A stretch of DNA of 64,000 nucleotides from Octopus bimaculoides (lineage: Eukaryota), in assembly GCF_001194135.2 (NCBI RefSeq), contig NC_068990.1, positions 25,219,060-25,283,059 on the forward strand. Direction: 5' to 3'. This document shows, one piece after another, positions 62,990-64,000 of this stretch. A program made the position numbers and the translations under genes. The notes under the pieces were generated by a model that had not been told where the DNA came from, ran no database searches, and was given only the letters and a program-made list of their open reading frames with translations. Position 1 is the stretch's first letter. The number at the start of each line of letters is the position of its first letter.

Positions 62990-63365
62990 ACTCCATTGGT
63001 TACAACGATAAGGGTTCCAGTTGATCCAATAAATGGAACAGCCTGCTTGTGACTTGTGAAATTAATGTGCAAGTGGATGAATACTCCATAGACATGTGTA
63101 CCCTTAATGTAGTTCTCAGGAAGAATTAGCATGAAACAGAATGAGATCATGCTAGCCCTTTGAAATGTGGAGACAATTCATTTGTGCCCACTGAGTGCTC
63201 TGGAGCGATATGAAAATGTGTCTTGCCCAAAGAAACAACATGCTGCCAGGTGTCAAACTCATGACCTTGTGATCATGAGTCGAATACCCTAACCACTTGG
63301 CCACTGTGCAGTGGGACTGAACCCAAAACCACAAGGTTGTGAAGCAAGCTTCTGAACCACACAGA
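62990..63365 (-). mobile_element. SINE family C preceded directly by a family A head (dimeric head)
   Basis: Minus strand GTGTGGTTCAGAAGCTTGC...GGTTCAGTCCCACTGCACAG then TGGCCAAGTGGTTAGGGTATTCG and family C body. Confidence 0.75.
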
Positions 63366-64000
63366 GTCTGTCATGTCTGCTAAAAAATATCAAAGTACTT
63401 TCAACATAATGAACAAACACATAAGGCTGCTGTTGAAAAACAATATCCCTCATCATAAGTACAAGTCTCTCACACACACCCACACACACATCATCCATCT
63501 TTTATATCTTACTTTATTCTAGTTAATGTTCCAGTGATAACAACTGGCTCCGTCATCAGCTCTTATCATCATCATACTTGCAAGTGAAGAGCTAATTCAC
63601 AAGATCTCTTCCTGTTGGTGACTGCTCTCTGCTTTACAACTTAACCCAAATATCTCCCAAACACAATACATCATGAAATTCTATTCTGGTTTAGTCCTCT
63701 AGCATTAATTACTCCCCCACCCCCACAACCAATAATGTGTGTGGAACATTCCTCTCAAACTATGCCTTAAATAACATGGTAACTAGCTACGGCAACTGGT
63801 GCTAAAAACACGTCAGTTCCTCCTGCCAAATTGTTTTAAAGTTAAGGCAGGTAGCAAGATGGGTGATTGCTTGGGAAAGCCATCAGAGTAGTAGTAGTAA
63901 TAGTAGTAGTGGGGGGGGGGGCAGCTGTAGTAGTACTACCTAACCTACTTTATAGACTAGGCGACCAGGTAGTACATACCTACACACACAAGCATGAAAT

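Overview
Eukaryotic, AT-rich, repeat-dense animal DNA with N gaps. The SINE, RTE-tail and microsatellite landscape resembles octopus genomes (inference from my recollection of those repeats; not searched). The whole window lies inside a minus-strand spectraplakin gene (short stop / MACF1 / dystonin family). Three short phase-0 exons, all absent from the ORF track (20548-20637, 18602-18679, 12573-12665), have canonical AG/GT sites. They splice into [87 protein letters not shown], which is most of the first calponin-homology (CH1) actin-binding domain. I did not find the preceding exon (KKTFTKWVNKHL-type) or the CH2 exon. The rest is intron filled with three tRNA-derived SINE families, RTE, CR1 and R4/Dong LINE fragments, TTAA-flanked piggyBac-like and 8-bp-TSD hAT-like MITEs, a Helentron-type element and microsatellites. 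Almost every ORF in the supplied track is a microsatellite, gap or repeat artefact. No CRISPR array, rRNA, genuine tRNA or prokaryotic system is supported. Best leads: (i) candidate alternative first exon/microexons with tandem AP-1 sites inside the CH1 intron (15.2-15.9 kb); (ii) a 24-nt microexon candidate at 40.4 kb; (iii) long intronic fold-back repeats that could be ADAR substrates; (iv) chimeric SINEs. All are hypotheses. I cannot support a wholly new biological system here.
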